The notes below the pieces were generated by a model, which saw nothing but the letters and a program-made list of their open reading frames with translations, did not search any database and was not told the origin of the DNA. DNA of 64,000 bases from an uncultured bacterium (GTDB lineage: Bacteria; Abyssobacteria; SURF-5). Positions 55,898 through 64,000 of the stretch are shown here, one piece after another. Position 1 is the stretch's first letter; each line of letters begins with the position of its first letter. The translations under genes were made by a program, and so were the position numbers. The stretch lies in contig CAZSKP010000016.1 of the NCBI GenBank assembly GCA_964607485.1, positions 1-64,000 on the forward strand. The letters are read 5' to 3'.

Positions 55898-57592
55898 ATG
55901 AAGAAATTACTCAGGGTCGATATGACAAATCTTGAAGCGCGCCTCGAAAAGGCTCCGGCCGAGTACGCGACGCTCGGCGGACGCGCGCTGAGTTCCACGA
56001 TTGTCAGCAAAGAGGTTCCGCCCACGTGCGACCCCATCGGTCGGCACAACAAGCTCGTGATAGCTCCCGGCCTCTTCTCCGGCACGGGTGCGCCGTGCTC
56101 GGGCCGGCTTTCGGTCGGCGCGAAGAGTCCGCTCACGGGCGGCATCAAGGAAAGCAACGTCGGCGGCACGGCCTCGCCGAAAATCGCGCGCCTCGGGATC
56201 GCGGCCATTGTGGTCGAAGGACAGCCGAACGACGACAAGCTCTATGTCCTGAAAGTTGACAAAGGCAACTGCTCGCTCGAGCCGGCCGATGAACTCGCCG
56301 GACTGGGCAATTACGCCGCATGCGAGCGGCTTCGCAAGAAATACGGCGAGAAGGTCTCGATAATCTGCATCGGGCAGGCGGGCGAGATGAGGCTCGCGGG
56401 CGCGAGCGTCGCCGTCACCGACATGGAAGGCTTGCCCAACCGACACGCGGGCCGGGGCGGGATGGGCGCCGTCATGGGCTCGAAGCGGCTCAAGGCGGTC
56501 GTCGTGGACGACTCCGGCGCGGGCGTCGTCCAGCCGAAGAACAAGCAGGCATTCACGAAAACCGCGCGCGAGCTTTCGAAAGCGCTGCGCGAGGGCAAGG
56601 GCTTTCTCGAACAGCTCAGGTATTACGGCACTCCGGGCGGAATCCCGAACTTCAACGCCTTCGGGACGCTCCCGACGCGAAACTTCGGCGCGGGCTGCTA
56701 CGAACACATGGACGAAATAGAGGGCGCGGCCATTGTCGCCGTGGCCAAGAGCCGGGGCGCAAAGCTGCACAGTTGCACGCCGAGCTGTCCCATCCGGTGC
56801 TCCATTGTCTATCACGACGAGGCCCACAAGTTCCTCGTCGGCGGCGTCGAATACGAAACCGTCGCGATGCTCGGCTCGAACCTGCTCATCCACGACATCG
56901 ACGCGATCGCGCGGATGAACCGGTTGCTGAACGACTGCGGACTCGACACGATCGAGACGGGCGCCGCGCTCGGAGTGGCGATGGAATCAGGCTACATCAG
57001 GTTCGGCGACAGCGAGAGCGCGATAGAGATGATCGAGGAAGTGGCGAAGGGGACGATTCGCGGAAGGATGATAGGCAGCGGCGCCGTCGTGACAGGGAAG
57101 CTTCTGGGCGTGAAGCGCGTTCCGGCGGTCAAGGGCCAGGCGATTCCCGCGCATCATCCGCAGAGCAACAAGATCGTCGGCGTCACCTACTGCACCAGCC
57201 CGATGGGCGCAGACCACACGGCGGGCATCCTGTACGACGACACGATACACAATCCCGAGGGCAAGGTGGAAAAATCGCGCGGCATCCAGACACTGATGGC
57301 GTTCGTCGATTCGCTCGGCGTGTGCATGTTCTCATCGAGAGGACTGCCCAACTACACCGATTACGCGACCGCGCTGATGGCTGCGCTGACCGGCAAGCCG
57401 TGCACCGAGGCCGATCTCGCCGAGCTCGGCAAGAGAACGCTCAGGACGGAGCACGAATTCAATGTGCGTGCCGGCTTCACACGCGCCCACGACCGGCTGC
57501 CCGAGTTCATGACCGAGGACAAAATCAAGCCCCACGACCTCGTGTTCGACGTGCCGTACGACGAGGTCGACAAGCTCTACGACGAGATTTAG
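55898..57592 (+). CDS. aor: Aldehyde ferredoxin oxidoreductase family (W-pterin, 4Fe-4S)
   Basis: KSPLTGGIKESN.GG, GR.G.GAVMGSK.LKA, CxxxCxxxC, EYET, GLDTI, GADH. Confidence 0.93.
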   Translation: MKKLLRVDMTNLEARLEKAPAEYATLGGRALSSTIVSKEVPPTCDPIGRHNKLVIAPGLFSGTGAPCSGRLSVGAKSPLTGGIKESNVGGTASPKIARLGIAAIVVEGQPNDDKLYVLKVDKGNCSLEPADELAGLGNYAACERLRKKYGEKVSIICIGQAGEMRLAGASVAVTDMEGLPNRHAGRGGMGAVMGSKRLKAVVVDDSGAGVVQPKNKQAFTKTARELSKALREGKGFLEQLRYYGTPGGIPNFNAFGTLPTRNFGAGCYEHMDEIEGAAIVAVAKSRGAKLHSCTPSCPIRCSIVYHDEAHKFLVGGVEYETVAMLGSNLLIHDIDAIARMNRLLNDCGLDTIETGAALGVAMESGYIRFGDSESAIEMIEEVAKGTIRGRMIGSGAVVTGKLLGVKRVPAVKGQAIPAHHPQSNKIVGVTYCTSPMGADHTAGILYDDTIHNPEGKVEKSRGIQTLMAFVDSLGVCMFSSRGLPNYTDYATALMAALTGKPCTEADLAELGKRTLRTEHEFNVRAGFTRAHDRLPEFMTEDKIKPHDLVFDVPYDEVDKLYDEI

Positions 57593-57654
57593 CAAGACCG
57601 CCGCGCCCTGGACCACTCAGGCCGACGCCTCATGATGGGACGAGGAGGGGGTTG

Positions 57655-58341
57655 TTGATTGATTCGGCAATAGTCAAAGAGAAAGCGATTCAGAAAGGGG
57701 CGGACATCTGTGGGATCGCGCCGGTGGACCGGTTCACGAGCGCTCCGAAGGGCTTTCATCCGCGCGACGTCTATCGTGACTGCCAGTCGGTTGTCGTGCT
57801 TGCCGCCCGTTTCCCCTTGAGTGCGCTTCAGGCTGGAACCAATGCCCCATATACCTTTGTAAGGAATATGATGGTTGACAAACTGGACCACATCTCTTTT
57901 CATCTATCCAAAGAGTTGGAAGCGGAGGGCATTGCATCGATTCCCATACCCTCGGCGGAACCGTATGACTACTGGGATGCGGCTCAGAGGCACGGCAGGG
58001 GGATTCTCTCGCTGAAGCATGCGGGATTTCTCTCCGGCATCGGCGTGCTTGGTAAGAACACCCTTCTTGTTAATGATATATACGGAAACATGATCTGGCT
58101 CGGAGCCGTTCTCGTGTCTGCGGCGCTGGAACCGGACCCAATTGCATCCTATGAAGGTTGCATCCCCGAATGTACATTGTGCATAGATTCGTGTCTGCAA
58201 CATGCCCTTGATGGGACAACTATCAACCAGAAACTCTGCAGGGAACGCTCCATTTCTTCCACTGAGGGCGGCGGGTGGCTTCTCTCCTGTAACACGTGTC
58301 GGATTATCTGTCCCAATCACACGGGCCTTCACTACGGATGA
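57655..58341 (+). CDS. Epoxyqueuosine reductase (QueG)-like 4Fe-4S protein
   Basis: GADICGIA, SLKHA....GIG..GKN, CIPECTLCIDSC, CNTCRIICP; GAGGAGG RBS (ORF track fuses it to a shadow ORF). Confidence 0.85.
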   Translation: MIDSAIVKEKAIQKGADICGIAPVDRFTSAPKGFHPRDVYRDCQSVVVLAARFPLSALQAGTNAPYTFVRNMMVDKLDHISFHLSKELEAEGIASIPIPSAEPYDYWDAAQRHGRGILSLKHAGFLSGIGVLGKNTLLVNDIYGNMIWLGAVLVSAALEPDPIASYEGCIPECTLCIDSCLQHALDGTTINQKLCRERSISSTEGGGWLLSCNTCRIICPNHTGLHYG

Positions 58342-59135
58342 CCCCTATCCGTTCGCTGCACGCAAGACCCCAAGCGCTGTGATGAGATTTCCGAGAGAGA
58401 AGGATTGACCGCTCCCGCCTCGGCCAAGAGCTCGCTCTTGAGCGGACGGGTGTGGATTCCGCACTCGCCGCCGCACTTGCTCGTCCCCACCCATCGGCCG
58501 GCCCGCTCGTTTGGCCCCGTGGTGATGCGCGTGCACGGCGCGCATCCGAGCGAGCGGTAGCCGCGCTCATACAGCGGGTTCACCGGCACGCCGTGTATGG
58601 CCAGGTACTGCCACACCTCGAGCTCTTTCCACAGCAGGATGGGATTCAGCTTGACGAGCCCCTTGTCGCGCTGTTCGACCTCGCGGAAATCGGTGCGGGT
58701 GCGCCCCTCGGTGCATCGCAGGCCCGTCACCCAGCACGCCACGTTCATCTCCTCGATTGCCCGGCGGGTTGGCCGGACCTTCAGTATCTCGCAGCAGCGG
58801 TCGGGATTGGTCGTGCAGAGGTCTTCGGCGACGGGCTCGTCGCTTCGGAAGACCCTGAGTTCTGGATAACGCGCCACCTCGCGTTTCATGAACTCCACCG
58901 TCTCCGGCGGCTTGAATCGAGTGGTGACGATGAACCCGCGTATGCTCGGGGATACGCGTTTGGCGAGGTGCCAGACGGCGACCGAATCTTTCCCCAGACT
59001 GTTGGCGACGACGAGCCGGTCGCCGAACTGTTCGTACGCTTCCCGCATGAGGCCGAGGGAGCGGTCAACTTTCTGCGCGAAGTTGAGCTCCTCCACGAGG
59101 CAATGGGTGTCCTGCGCGATTTCCCTGACAGCCAT
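58332..59135 (-). CDS. cysH: APS/PAPS reductase (4Fe-4S APS-reductase type)
   Basis: S.GKDS, RCCEILKVRP, GYRSLGCAPCT, ERAGRW, ECGIH. Confidence 0.92.
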   Translation of the reverse strand: MAVREIAQDTHCLVEELNFAQKVDRSLGLMREAYEQFGDRLVVANSLGKDSVAVWHLAKRVSPSIRGFIVTTRFKPPETVEFMKREVARYPELRVFRSDEPVAEDLCTTNPDRCCEILKVRPTRRAIEEMNVACWVTGLRCTEGRTRTDFREVEQRDKGLVKLNPILLWKELEVWQYLAIHGVPVNPLYERGYRSLGCAPCTRITTGPNERAGRWVGTSKCGGECGIHTRPLKSELLAEAGAVNPSLSEISSQRLGSCVQRTDRGHP

Positions 59136-59164
59136 GTTGAATCCTCCTAGAGTTACGTGTTGCC

Positions 59165-59332
59165 GGTCTGTTGCTCAAAACGGCTTCTCTCTCAACAACG
59201 TTCCCCTGCCTCGTCATTGCGAGGAGCGTAGTGACGAAGCAATCCCGATAGCATCAGGGAAACGCTGAGATTGCTTTGGTCGAGTCTGTGACTCTTCCTC
59301 GCAATGACTCCGAATCGTTTGGGTAATGCTCC
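59165..59332. mobile_element. MITE-like cruciform element copy C (opposite orientation)
   Basis: GGTCTGTTGCTCAAA left end, same core, decayed right end TTTGGGTAATGCTCC. Confidence 0.7.
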
Positions 59333-59394
59333 GTCATTGGCGTTATGTCCCTACGGTAAGTGCGTTGAGTTTTGCATCGGTCAGAATTTATCAT

Positions 59395-59419
59395 TATTTC
59401 GACCGAAATAGTCGAGAAT
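59395..59419. promoter_or_regulatory. Putative Rrf2 operator upstream of cysH
   Basis: Pseudo-palindrome TATTTCGACCGAAATAGTCGAGAAT; its reverse complement matches the box at 59957 at 18/25. Confidence 0.6.
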
Positions 59420-59487
59420 TGGGGAAAATAAAAATGACTCTCCTCAACTTCTTTCTCTCCTAGCTTTGGGTGGCCCACACTTTGTGT

Positions 59488-59937
59488 TCAAATGCTGTAC
59501 TCCGGCACGTACTTCTTGCGTCTCAGCCGCTCCTGTTGCACGAGGTCTTCGAACGTCGTCGAATCGTACACCTCCGACAATGCGTCCTTCACTCTCTCCC
59601 ACATGGGAAGAAACGCGCAATCGTTGTGCAATGGGCATTGGTCGCCGCCGCTGCCCGCGATACACTGCACTGGCGATAGGGGTCCCTCGATGAATCGTAT
59701 GATTTCGCCCACTGTCAACGCAGCGGGGGATCGAGTAAGTACGTATCCACCGGCGCTCCCGCGCCTGGATTCGACAAATCCCCCCTGCTTCAATTGATTC
59801 AAGATGACCTCAAGAAAGCGGGTGGGAATCGCCTGAGTCTTGGCGATGTCGGCAATTTTCACAGGTCCTTCGCCCTGGTGTTTGGCCAGTTCGAAGGTAG
59901 CTCGCAGTGCGTACTGGCATTTTTGGGACAACGACAT
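59488..59937 (-). CDS. Rrf2-family regulator with three Cys (IscR/CymR-like)
   Basis: YALRA, IA..Q.IP..FLE.IL, S.RG..GGY, C-x8-C-x5-C. Confidence 0.93.
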   Translation of the reverse strand: MSLSQKCQYALRATFELAKHQGEGPVKIADIAKTQAIPTRFLEVILNQLKQGGFVESRRGSAGGYVLTRSPAALTVGEIIRFIEGPLSPVQCIAGSGGDQCPLHNDCAFLPMWERVKDALSEVYDSTTFEDLVQQERLRRKKYVPEYSI

Positions 59938-59956
59938 CTGGCGGTCTCCGCGAGGG

Positions 59957-60007
59957 ATTCCTGACTAAGTCAATCAAAATAGTATCATAATTCCGGTCGC
60001 TTGTCAA
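59957..60007 (-). promoter_or_regulatory. Rrf2 promoter with overlapping autoregulatory operator
   Basis: TTGACA-N17-TACTAT (TGn extended); box ATTCCTGACTAAGTCAATCAAAATA at 59957-59981. Confidence 0.7.
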
Positions 60008-60053
60008 GACTCCCGGAGATTATCCCAAGACTGGCGTGGGGAGGCGGCTTCGC

Positions 60054-60293
60054 TCAGCCGCCGCCGACGGGAGGGAAGACGCCCACGTGGTCGCCGTCAC
60101 GCAACCTGTAGTCCGATGGCTGCATGGTCGAGTTGACAAACGCGGTCTTCACTTCGTCGGCCGGAATGCCGAGCCGGTCATAGAGGTTGCTCAATGCCGA
60201 GCCCTCGGGCATTTCGACTTCAATCGCCTCGTGCATTATTGAGCTTCCCGCGTACTTTGTGAGAATCGCATAGAGCTTCACATAGACTCTCAT
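60054..60293 (-). CDS. MoaD/ThiS-family sulfur carrier
   Basis: V.LYA.L, FVN, L.DGD.V.VFPPVGGG C-terminus. Confidence 0.9.
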   Translation of the reverse strand: MRVYVKLYAILTKYAGSSIMHEAIEVEMPEGSALSNLYDRLGIPADEVKTAFVNSTMQPSDYRLRDGDHVGVFPPVGGG

Positions 60294-60361
60294 GGAAGAT
60301 CTCTCGTGCATCACCGGCCAACCAGTTCCGCGCAGCGCTTCCGTTGTCTTTCCCGCGTCGC

Positions 60362-62095
60362 TCAGAAATTGTACACCGCGTCGAGTTCCTCGTGGGAAAC
60401 ATCGAAGACGGTATTGTGCGGGGGCAATTTCTCCTTTTCGAAAAACGTCGGCAGCCTGTCGTCCTCGGCGGTGAATCCGGCCTTCGAGTTGAATTCCCGC
60501 TCCGCTCTGAGAACGGTCTTACCGAGCTCCGTCACGCTGTTGGCGGTCAGGTCGAGTCCGTACTGCGCGTTGATCATCTCATAGACGGCCTCGAACGCCG
60601 CTGGAATATCGAGCACGGCGAACGCTACGAACAGGCACAGCCCCGTGCTGTCGATCGCGGCGGTCGCAACCTGCAGGTCGCGGGAAAGCTCGACTTGCCC
60701 CTTCGTCTTCAGGGGGTTCACCTTGTCGCCGACGCCGAGCACGTTGGCCGTGAGGCTGTAGCCGGCCGTATGGTCGGCGCCCATTGTGGAAGTCGCGTAC
60801 GTGACCCCCATTCCCTTAATGGCGCGCGGGTCGTAGGCGGGAAGCGCCTGTCTCTTGACGACGGGAACCCGATCGACGCCGAACACCTGGCCGGTCACGG
60901 CGGCGCCGTTGCCCAGGATGCGACCGAGCGGAGTCGCTTTGCCGACCTCTTCCCTGAGGAGTCTGATGGCGCCCTTGCCGTCGCCGAATTGGATGAATCC
61001 CGATTCCATCAGCACGGCGAACGTCGCGCCCATCTCGATCGTGTCGAGTCCGATATCGTCATACAACCGGTCCAGTCTGGCGATGACGTCGAGGTCGCTA
61101 ATGCCGCAGTTTGGGCCGTTCGCCCAGACGGTTTCATACTCGGGTCCCTTGGTAAGGTACTTCTTGTTCCTGTCCATGTAAACCCGCGAGCATTGAATGA
61201 TGCATCCGCGATGGCACGGGTGGGTCGCCACGCCGCCGCGTTTCAGTATTATCTCGCGCTGCATCTCGCCGCTCACCTTGGCGGCGTCCTCGAACTGGCC
61301 GGCGCTGAAGTTGCGCGTCGGCAGTCCGCCGGCCTCGTTGACGATGTTGGTGAGGATGTTGGTCCCGTACGTGGGCAGCCCCTCGCTCGTGATGGCATGC
61401 TCTCTGAGCGCCTTTGTGAACTTGTTGACAGCCCGCTTGAACGCGGGCTGGTCCTTAATGGGGACCGGCGGGGCACCCGTGTCGTCCACCACGATCGCCT
61501 TCAGGCCTTTTGCTCCCATGACCGCGCCAAGGCCGCCGCGACCCGCGTGCCTCGTGGGGCGGTTCTCAAGGTCGGTGACGGCCACGCTTGCCGCCGACAT
61601 CAGCCGTTCGCCCGCCGTCCCGATGGTGATGTAGGAGACCTTCTGCCCGTACACTTTCGAGAGCTTTTCGACCGCCTTATAGTTGTTGGCGCCTTTCAGC
61701 TCATCCGCCGGCAGAAGCTCCGCTCCATCCTTATTTATAACGAGCTTCCAGAGAGTTCCTTTCGGCGGCTCGCCCGAAACTGCGATTGCGGCGATGCCGA
61801 GCCGGGCGAGCTTCTGCGCTGCGGTACCGCCGGCGTTGCTCTCCTTGATTCCGCCGGTCAGGGGGCTCTTCGCGCCCACCGAGAGTCTGCCCGAGCAGGG
61901 AGCGATGGTGCCGGACAGGAGCCCGGGCGCAATCACGAGTTTGTTCTGCCGACTGAGAGCATGACAAAGCGGCGGCACTTCCTTGCCCACGACCGTCGAG
62001 GTGAGCGCCCGCCCCGCGAGGCCGGCATACTTGGCGGCGACCGGCTTTTCGGTTACCTTGCGTGACGTCATGTTTACGCGAAGTATTCTGTCCAT
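60362..62095 (-). CDS. aor: Aldehyde ferredoxin oxidoreductase family (W-pterin, 4Fe-4S)
   Basis: KSPLTGGIKESNAGG, CHRGCIIQC, PEYET, AYDPR, GADHTAG, DSTGLC. Confidence 0.94.
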   Translation of the reverse strand: MDRILRVNMTSRKVTEKPVAAKYAGLAGRALTSTVVGKEVPPLCHALSRQNKLVIAPGLLSGTIAPCSGRLSVGAKSPLTGGIKESNAGGTAAQKLARLGIAAIAVSGEPPKGTLWKLVINKDGAELLPADELKGANNYKAVEKLSKVYGQKVSYITIGTAGERLMSAASVAVTDLENRPTRHAGRGGLGAVMGAKGLKAIVVDDTGAPPVPIKDQPAFKRAVNKFTKALREHAITSEGLPTYGTNILTNIVNEAGGLPTRNFSAGQFEDAAKVSGEMQREIILKRGGVATHPCHRGCIIQCSRVYMDRNKKYLTKGPEYETVWANGPNCGISDLDVIARLDRLYDDIGLDTIEMGATFAVLMESGFIQFGDGKGAIRLLREEVGKATPLGRILGNGAAVTGQVFGVDRVPVVKRQALPAYDPRAIKGMGVTYATSTMGADHTAGYSLTANVLGVGDKVNPLKTKGQVELSRDLQVATAAIDSTGLCLFVAFAVLDIPAAFEAVYEMINAQYGLDLTANSVTELGKTVLRAEREFNSKAGFTAEDDRLPTFFEKEKLPPHNTVFDVSHEELDAVYNF

Positions 62096-62246
62096 GGAAA
62101 CGACCTCCCCCCGCCTAAGAAGACAGATGACCGCTCTGTTGACATCGACTGAATTATGCCACAGACGAGGCCGTCAATTCAAGCTTCTGAAACGTCGGGC
62201 AGTGGAGGCAGGCTGGGGCGAAGAGGTATCCGAGGTCACGATATAA

Positions 62247-62433
62247 GAGCCCGTTGTCCAAATGATTTCTTGTGCAACAACATTCTCCTGGCGCGTCATT
62301 GCGAGGAGCAAAGAGCTGCAAGCTCGAGCGACGAAGCAATCCCGACGGCATGGGGGGAATGCCTCCGAGATTGCTTCGGTCGAGTCTGTGATTCTCCCTC
62401 GCAATGACTCCAAATCATTTGGGCAACAGGCCC
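62247..62433. mobile_element. MITE-like cruciform element copy D (opposite orientation)
   Basis: Ends GAGCCCGTTGTCCAAATGATTT / AAATCATTTGGGCAACAGGCCC; same core. Confidence 0.78.
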
Positions 62434-62458
62434 GTAAGGCCTGACCCCACTTTCCTGC

Positions 62459-64000
62459 TTACTGAATGTTGGCGCTCAAGCGGGTCTGTTCGACGATGCG
62501 GAGTATCCTTCTTATCCTGGTCCGCAGTTCCTCGTCCTGCGCCGAGGCGGGATAGGTGAGCGCTTCTCGGCAGATGAGCTCCGCCTTCTTGTAATCCCCT
62601 TTGAGGTAGTAAACAACTACCGTGTTGTAGGCCGAAACGAGCGAGCGGGGATTGATTTCGCGAGCCGCCTCGAAGACGTCCAGCGCCGCGTCGTATTGAC
62701 CCCGTTCTCCGTAAATCAAGCCCAGATTATTATAGGCGGGCTCGAAGTCCGGCTTGAGTTCGATCGCTTTCCGATACATCTCGATGGCGACGCCGGGATT
62801 CTGGATTTTTTCGCAGAAGGTGGCCATGTCGAAGTAGCCGGCGTGATTGTTCGGATTCTCTCTCAGCCGAGCGAGCCGCTGGTTCCATTCCTGTTCGACG
62901 GTCTTCTGTGTTACTCCCAGCATGTAGTGCGCCGCCGGGTTATCGGGGTCGGCGGCCAGCGTTCTTTTCCACTGCCTCGCGGCCGCGATGTACTCCTCGC
63001 GCCTGAACAAGTAGCTCGCTTTGATCAGTCCGCGGGCAATCATGTTGTACGAGTCAACCGAATGTCGCACGGCCCTTTTTTGCTCGCCGGTTTTGCCGAG
63101 GTTGACCAGGAGCGGCCTTCCCGCGGGCGCGTCGATGGGCAATTGGCCGAAGGCCGCATAATCATATTTCCCGAAGAACTCGATGCGCGGCTGATCGTAT
63201 GTGTTGATCTCCGCAGTGTCGCACACATAGTTCTCAATGCCGGTCTTGTCCATCGCGAACGTGTTCACAAACTCCACCGGGCCGGGCATGCCGATTTCTC
63301 TCAGGTCTTCGGCGACCTTGGGATTGCTCAGGTCCTCGACCAGCCGGGCATAGTCTATGACGATTTCATCGGGCGAGCCCACGAGGATGAAGTAATTATA
63401 GAGCGGTGTGAACCAGAGCTGGCAGTCGGGGAACACGTGCGCGAATGATTTCAGTATGATCTTCAACTCCCTCTCGGAGAGGAGATGGTAGGGAATCCAC
63501 TCGGCCATGATGCCGCCCGGGTTTAATTTCGACAGGCAGTCCTCATAGAATTCGACCGCGTACAGGTTTCCGTTTCCGGCATGCTTCGGGTCGATGGAGT
63601 CAACGGTGATGACGTCGTAGGTTTTCTCGGTCGCGTGCACGTAATTCCGGCCGTCATCGATGATGGCGTGGAAGTTTGGGGCATTCAACACGCCGTGGTT
63701 CACCTCGTCCAGATATGAGGCCGCCTTCAGGACTGCGGGCACGATCTCCACGAGGTCGATCCGGTCCAGACCGTATTGGCTGATCGCCCACGAGGTGCCC
63801 CCCGCGCCGAACCCGACGATCAGGACGGTCTTGGGGTCGGCGTGCAGGAGAACGGGGTAGTGGCCGAGCGCCTTCTGTATCTCATGGAGCGACACGCGCG
63901 CTCCCGCCACCTCGTAGCCGTTGATGCTGATCGACTTCTTCTCGTCGGGAAGCTCGTACACCTTCACGGTCGCCGTGTTGTCTTCTTCGTAAAACAAGAG
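62459..64000 (-). CDS. Spermidine-synthase-like domain plus TPR repeats (C-terminal part; runs off window end)
   Basis: VGFGAGGT, VEI, DDGRNY, YDVITVD, LY..EFY; TPR motifs AYNNLG. Confidence 0.88.
   Translation of the reverse strand, partial: LLFYEEDNTATVKVYELPDEKKSISINGYEVAGARVSLHEIQKALGHYPVLLHADPKTVLIVGFGAGGTSWAISQYGLDRIDLVEIVPAVLKAASYLDEVNHGVLNAPNFHAIIDDGRNYVHATEKTYDVITVDSIDPKHAGNGNLYAVEFYEDCLSKLNPGGIMAEWIPYHLLSERELKIILKSFAHVFPDCQLWFTPLYNYFILVGSPDEIVIDYARLVEDLSNPKVAEDLREIGMPGPVEFVNTFAMDKTGIENYVCDTAEINTYDQPRIEFFGKYDYAAFGQLPIDAPAGRPLLVNLGKTGEQKRAVRHSVDSYNMIARGLIKASYLFRREEYIAAARQWKRTLAADPDNPAAHYMLGVTQKTVEQEWNQRLARLRENPNNHAGYFDMATFCEKIQNPGVAIEMYRKAIELKPDFEPAYNNLGLIYGERGQYDAALDVFEAAREINPRSLVSAYNTVVVYYLKGDYKKAELICREALTYPASAQDEELRTRIRRILRIVEQTRLSANIQ

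Noticed and set aside
56320-58341. 673-aa ORF overlapping the first aor
   Set aside because: The N-terminal ~445 aa is an Arg-rich off-frame read of aor; only 57655-58341, with its own RBS, is a real gene. No frameshift fusion is needed.
40999-62433. Repeated palindromic elements considered as CRISPR array, tRNAs or short ORFs (e.g. 41025-41222, 62174-62413)
   Set aside because: Dispersed rather than tandem, no cloverleaf/CCA, and the small ORFs are translations of the repeat.

Overview
A gene-dense, GC-rich (about 60% by eye) bacterial chromosome window, most consistent with an anaerobic diderm (TonB system, futalosine-type menaquinone genes, two tungsten AOR-family enzymes, single-chain GlyRS). 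I can support about 66 CDS and saw no tRNA, rRNA, CRISPR array or transposase. Main blocks: TonB receptor-exbB-exbD-tonB followed by a UroD-like gene; an AT-richer islet with a BrnT/BrnA toxin-antitoxin pair; ubiD-ubiE-ubiX-ubiA; phoH-pgpH-ybeY-2xCNNM-DUF502; a stand-alone rplJL operon with its own promoter and L10 leader; cysS and nifS; a Tat DUF362/lipoprotein/CXXC/polyferredoxin module; glyQS; and an AOR-QueG-like-cysH-Rrf2-MoaD-AOR block. Signals the ORF track misses: (1) a rhodanese selenoprotein read through a UGA with a SECIS-like hairpin; (2) a 56-aa ERRxGERR-repeat microprotein behind a perfect sigma70 promoter; (3) a MITE-like family of cruciform elements with compensatory base changes; (4) a structured, terminator-containing glyQS leader with a one-mismatch T-box-like core; (5) two matching Rrf2 operator boxes; (6) sigma54 promoters before an orphan pilin-like gene and a VWA-TM-FHA protein. 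Family calls come from motif recognition by eye; no database search was run.
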